A stretch of DNA of 63,510 nucleotides, the filler included, from Olpidium bornovanus S191 (lineage: Eukaryota; Fungi; Olpidiomycota): assembly GCA_017911155.1 (NCBI GenBank). It is 30 parts of 30 records of this genome, joined end to end, with 100 filler letters (N's around TTAATTAATTAA, not from the genome) between each part and the next. Parts side by side here need not be neighbours in the genome. Positions count along the whole stretch, not along the records: positions 61,246 to 63,510 come from JAEFCI010010907.1; 29 more parts are not named here. One strand, given 5' to 3'. A model generated the notes under the pieces. That model was not told the DNA's origin, made no database searches, and saw nothing but the letters and a program-made list of their open reading frames with translations. Numbering within the stretch: position 1 is the first letter of the stretch; each line of letters starts with the position of its first letter. Shown one piece after another: positions 61,146 to 63,510 of this stretch. Made by a program: the position numbers and the translations under genes.

Positions 61146-61245
61146 NNNNNNNNNNNNNNNNNNNNNNNNNNNNNNNNNNNNNNNNNNNNTTAATTAATTA
61201 ANNNNNNNNNNNNNNNNNNNNNNNNNNNNNNNNNNNNNNNNNNNN

Positions 61246-63053
61246 AACATGGGCCGCACCGCCGCCACGATCTCCGCCGCCGCGGCCTCGCTGACCTTTC
61301 GCTTCGACTCGGCAAATATCATGCCAATAAAATCCGCTCCGGCCTCCGCCGCCGCGAGGGCGGCCTCGACCGTGCGCACTCCGCAGATCTTCACGAGGGG
61401 AGCCGCGCGGCCGGGCCCGCCCCGCCCGGTCCGCTCGGGCGACGAGGCGGGTGCGGGAAAGCCCCGCAGCGACGCGACGAAAGCGGCCTTGTCCACGCTC
61501 CTCATCAGGGCCTCGCCGACGAGGACGGCGGAGACTGCGTCGCCCTGGCGACAGTACCGCTCCACGTCGCCGCGGTCCTGTATGCCGCTCAGGGCCGCCA
61601 AGACGCAGCCCTCGGGAACCAGGGACGCCAGCCGCGACGTCGTTTCCATGTCGACGTCGAAAGTGTGGAGGTTCCGGTTGTTGACGCCGACGACGCGCGC
61701 GCCCGCCGCGGCGGCGCGCGACATCTCCTCGGCGCAGTTGACCTCCACCAGCGGCTCCATCCCCAGCGACCGCGACGCGGAGATCAGGCGCCCGAGCTGC
61801 TCGTCGGCGAGCGCGGCGACGATCAGGAGGACCGAGTCCGCGCCGGCGAGGCGGGACTCGAGGATCTGGTACTCGTCGCTGACGAAATCCTTGCGCAGCA
61901 GCGCCGGGCGGTCCGCCAGCGTCGAGAGCGCGGCCCGCGCGGCGCGCAGGTCGTCCAGGGTGCCGCGGAACCACTCGGGCTCGGTCAGCACCGACACCGC
62001 GGCGGCGCCGGCCCGCCCGTACGCCAGGGCCAGATCGGCCGCGTTGGCGTCGAGGTCGATGGCCCCCTTGCTAGGGCTCGCGCGCTTCACTTCCGCGATG
62101 ACCGCCGGCCGACCCGGCGCGGAGCCGCGGAGGAGCCGCGAGTAAAAGTCGATGGCGGGAGGCGCCACGCCGAGCGCGAGAAGCTTGCGCAGGTCCTCGG
62201 GAGTCGAGCCCGGCCGCTTCTTGGCCTCCGCCACGTGCTCGACCCTTCTCGCCTGTATCCGGTGCAGGATGCTGCCGCTCGCCCGGTCCGGCGCCGCGGC
62301 CGGCGTCAAGCTTTCCGGTCTCCCCAGGTCCCCGGCGGCCGCCGCGTCCCGGAGCTTTCCGTGGACGGGGACGTCCTTCGGCGGGGGGAAAAGCGGCGGC
62401 GGCGGCACCGGCGCGCCGTCTTCCTCCTCCTCCGCCGCCGAGCCGCCGAGGCCGAAGCCGGGGTTCTCGTCCCAGCGGCCCCCGCGGAGCCTCAAGAAGT
62501 TCGCGAAAATGGCGAGCCCGCACTCGGTCATGATGCTCTCCGGGTGGAACTGCACGCCGGCGACGGTGAGCTCGCGGTGGCGGACCCCCTGGATCACGCC
62601 GGACTCCGTCCAGCTCGTGACCTCGAGGGCGGGCGGCACGGTGGCGGGGGCGGCGGCCAGAGAGTGGTAGCGGGTGGCGAGGAAGCCCTGCGGCACGCCG
62701 CGGTAGATGCCCCTCCCGTCGTGGCACACGCGGGAGGTCTTGCCGTGCATGATTTCCCCCGCGCCGGCGACCTTCCCGCCGTATAGCTCGAAGATGCACT
62801 GCTCGCCGAGGCACACGCCGAGCACGGGCACCTTCCCGGCGAAGTGGCGGACGGCGTCGGCCGACACGCCGGCCGTCCGGGCCGGGTGGCCGGGGCCGGG
62901 CGACACGACGAGGTTCACGGGCGCAAGGGCCTGCAGGTCGGCGAGTGAGACCTCGTCGTTCCTGCGCACCACGACGCGGGCGCCCAGGCTCTCGAGGGAC
63001 TGGTACACGTTCCAGGTGAACGAATCGTAGTTGTCGATGAGCACGGTCGTCAT
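61246..63053 (-). CDS. trpC: Fungal trifunctional tryptophan biosynthesis protein (anthranilate synthase II + IGP synthase + PRA isomerase), 3' end missing
   Basis: GATase: IDNYDSFTWN...GVCLGEQC...RYHSL...GVQFHPES. IGPS: IAEVKRASPSKG...SVLTEPEWF...LLRKDF...GVNNRNL. PRAI: PLVKICGVRT...ADFIGMIFA. No intron in the 600+ visible codons. Confidence 0.98.
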
Positions 63054-63221
63054 GATATTTTTTTTGTTTTTTTTTTTTTGTTTTTTTTTTTCCGCCGCGC
63101 GTCGTGCGCAGGTGTTTTCTTTTTTATTTTATGGTTTTTTTTTTTTCTTTTTGTTGCGGTTTTCTTTTTTTTTTTGCTTTGGAACGGAAACAAAGAAAGA
63201 AAAGGGCGAGAGAAAGAGAGG

Positions 63222-63265
<44 letters not shown>

Positions 63266-63510
63266 AGAGCAGAGACAGAGAGAGCGAGGCTTCGGGGAGA
63301 TGAAAGAAGAAGGCCAAAACACGAGAGAGCCACGCACGTTATGATGACGCCCGAGCGCATGATAACCAGCTGCATGCTTGAACCGCCGCCCCCCCCCCCC
63401 CTCATCCCCTAAACCCCGAAAACGGACAGAAAAGGGGGAAAGGCGGGGGATGGAGGGTCTGAGCGATCATCCGTCCGCGGCGGCCTCGCGAACCCCTTTC
63501 GGTCCTGCGG

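Overview
This is not one locus. It is 30 short, unordered eukaryotic contigs (about 1.1-6.6 kb) joined by 29 identical 100-bp linkers (44 N + TTAATTAATTAA + 44 N), so adjacency across linkers means nothing. The DNA is GC-rich and intron-dense, and many homopolymer runs look like read artefacts. The source is most likely a zoosporic fungus (inference; Olpidium-like is one possibility). It has fungal-type genes (trifunctional TrpG-C-F, PMT, MesA/Afi1, class I DAHP synthase) together with the flagellar dynein assembly factor DNAAF3. About 25 genes or gene fragments can be named from motifs. There are also four degenerate LTR-retrotransposon fragments and several repeats. No rRNA, tRNA or CRISPR array was seen. 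Best leads: (1) a Thg1-like (TLP-type) 3'-5' polymerase whose predicted stop codon comes from an adjacent copia LTR; (2) two possibly actinobacterial-type sequences, a secreted protein and the start of GuaA; (3) a small heat-shock protein spliced to an N-terminal membrane anchor; (4) a broken Hsp90 copy; (5) strong enrichment of CATG at contig ends. All family calls come from recalled motifs, not database searches. I found no complete new multi-gene system, and the fragmentation would hide one.
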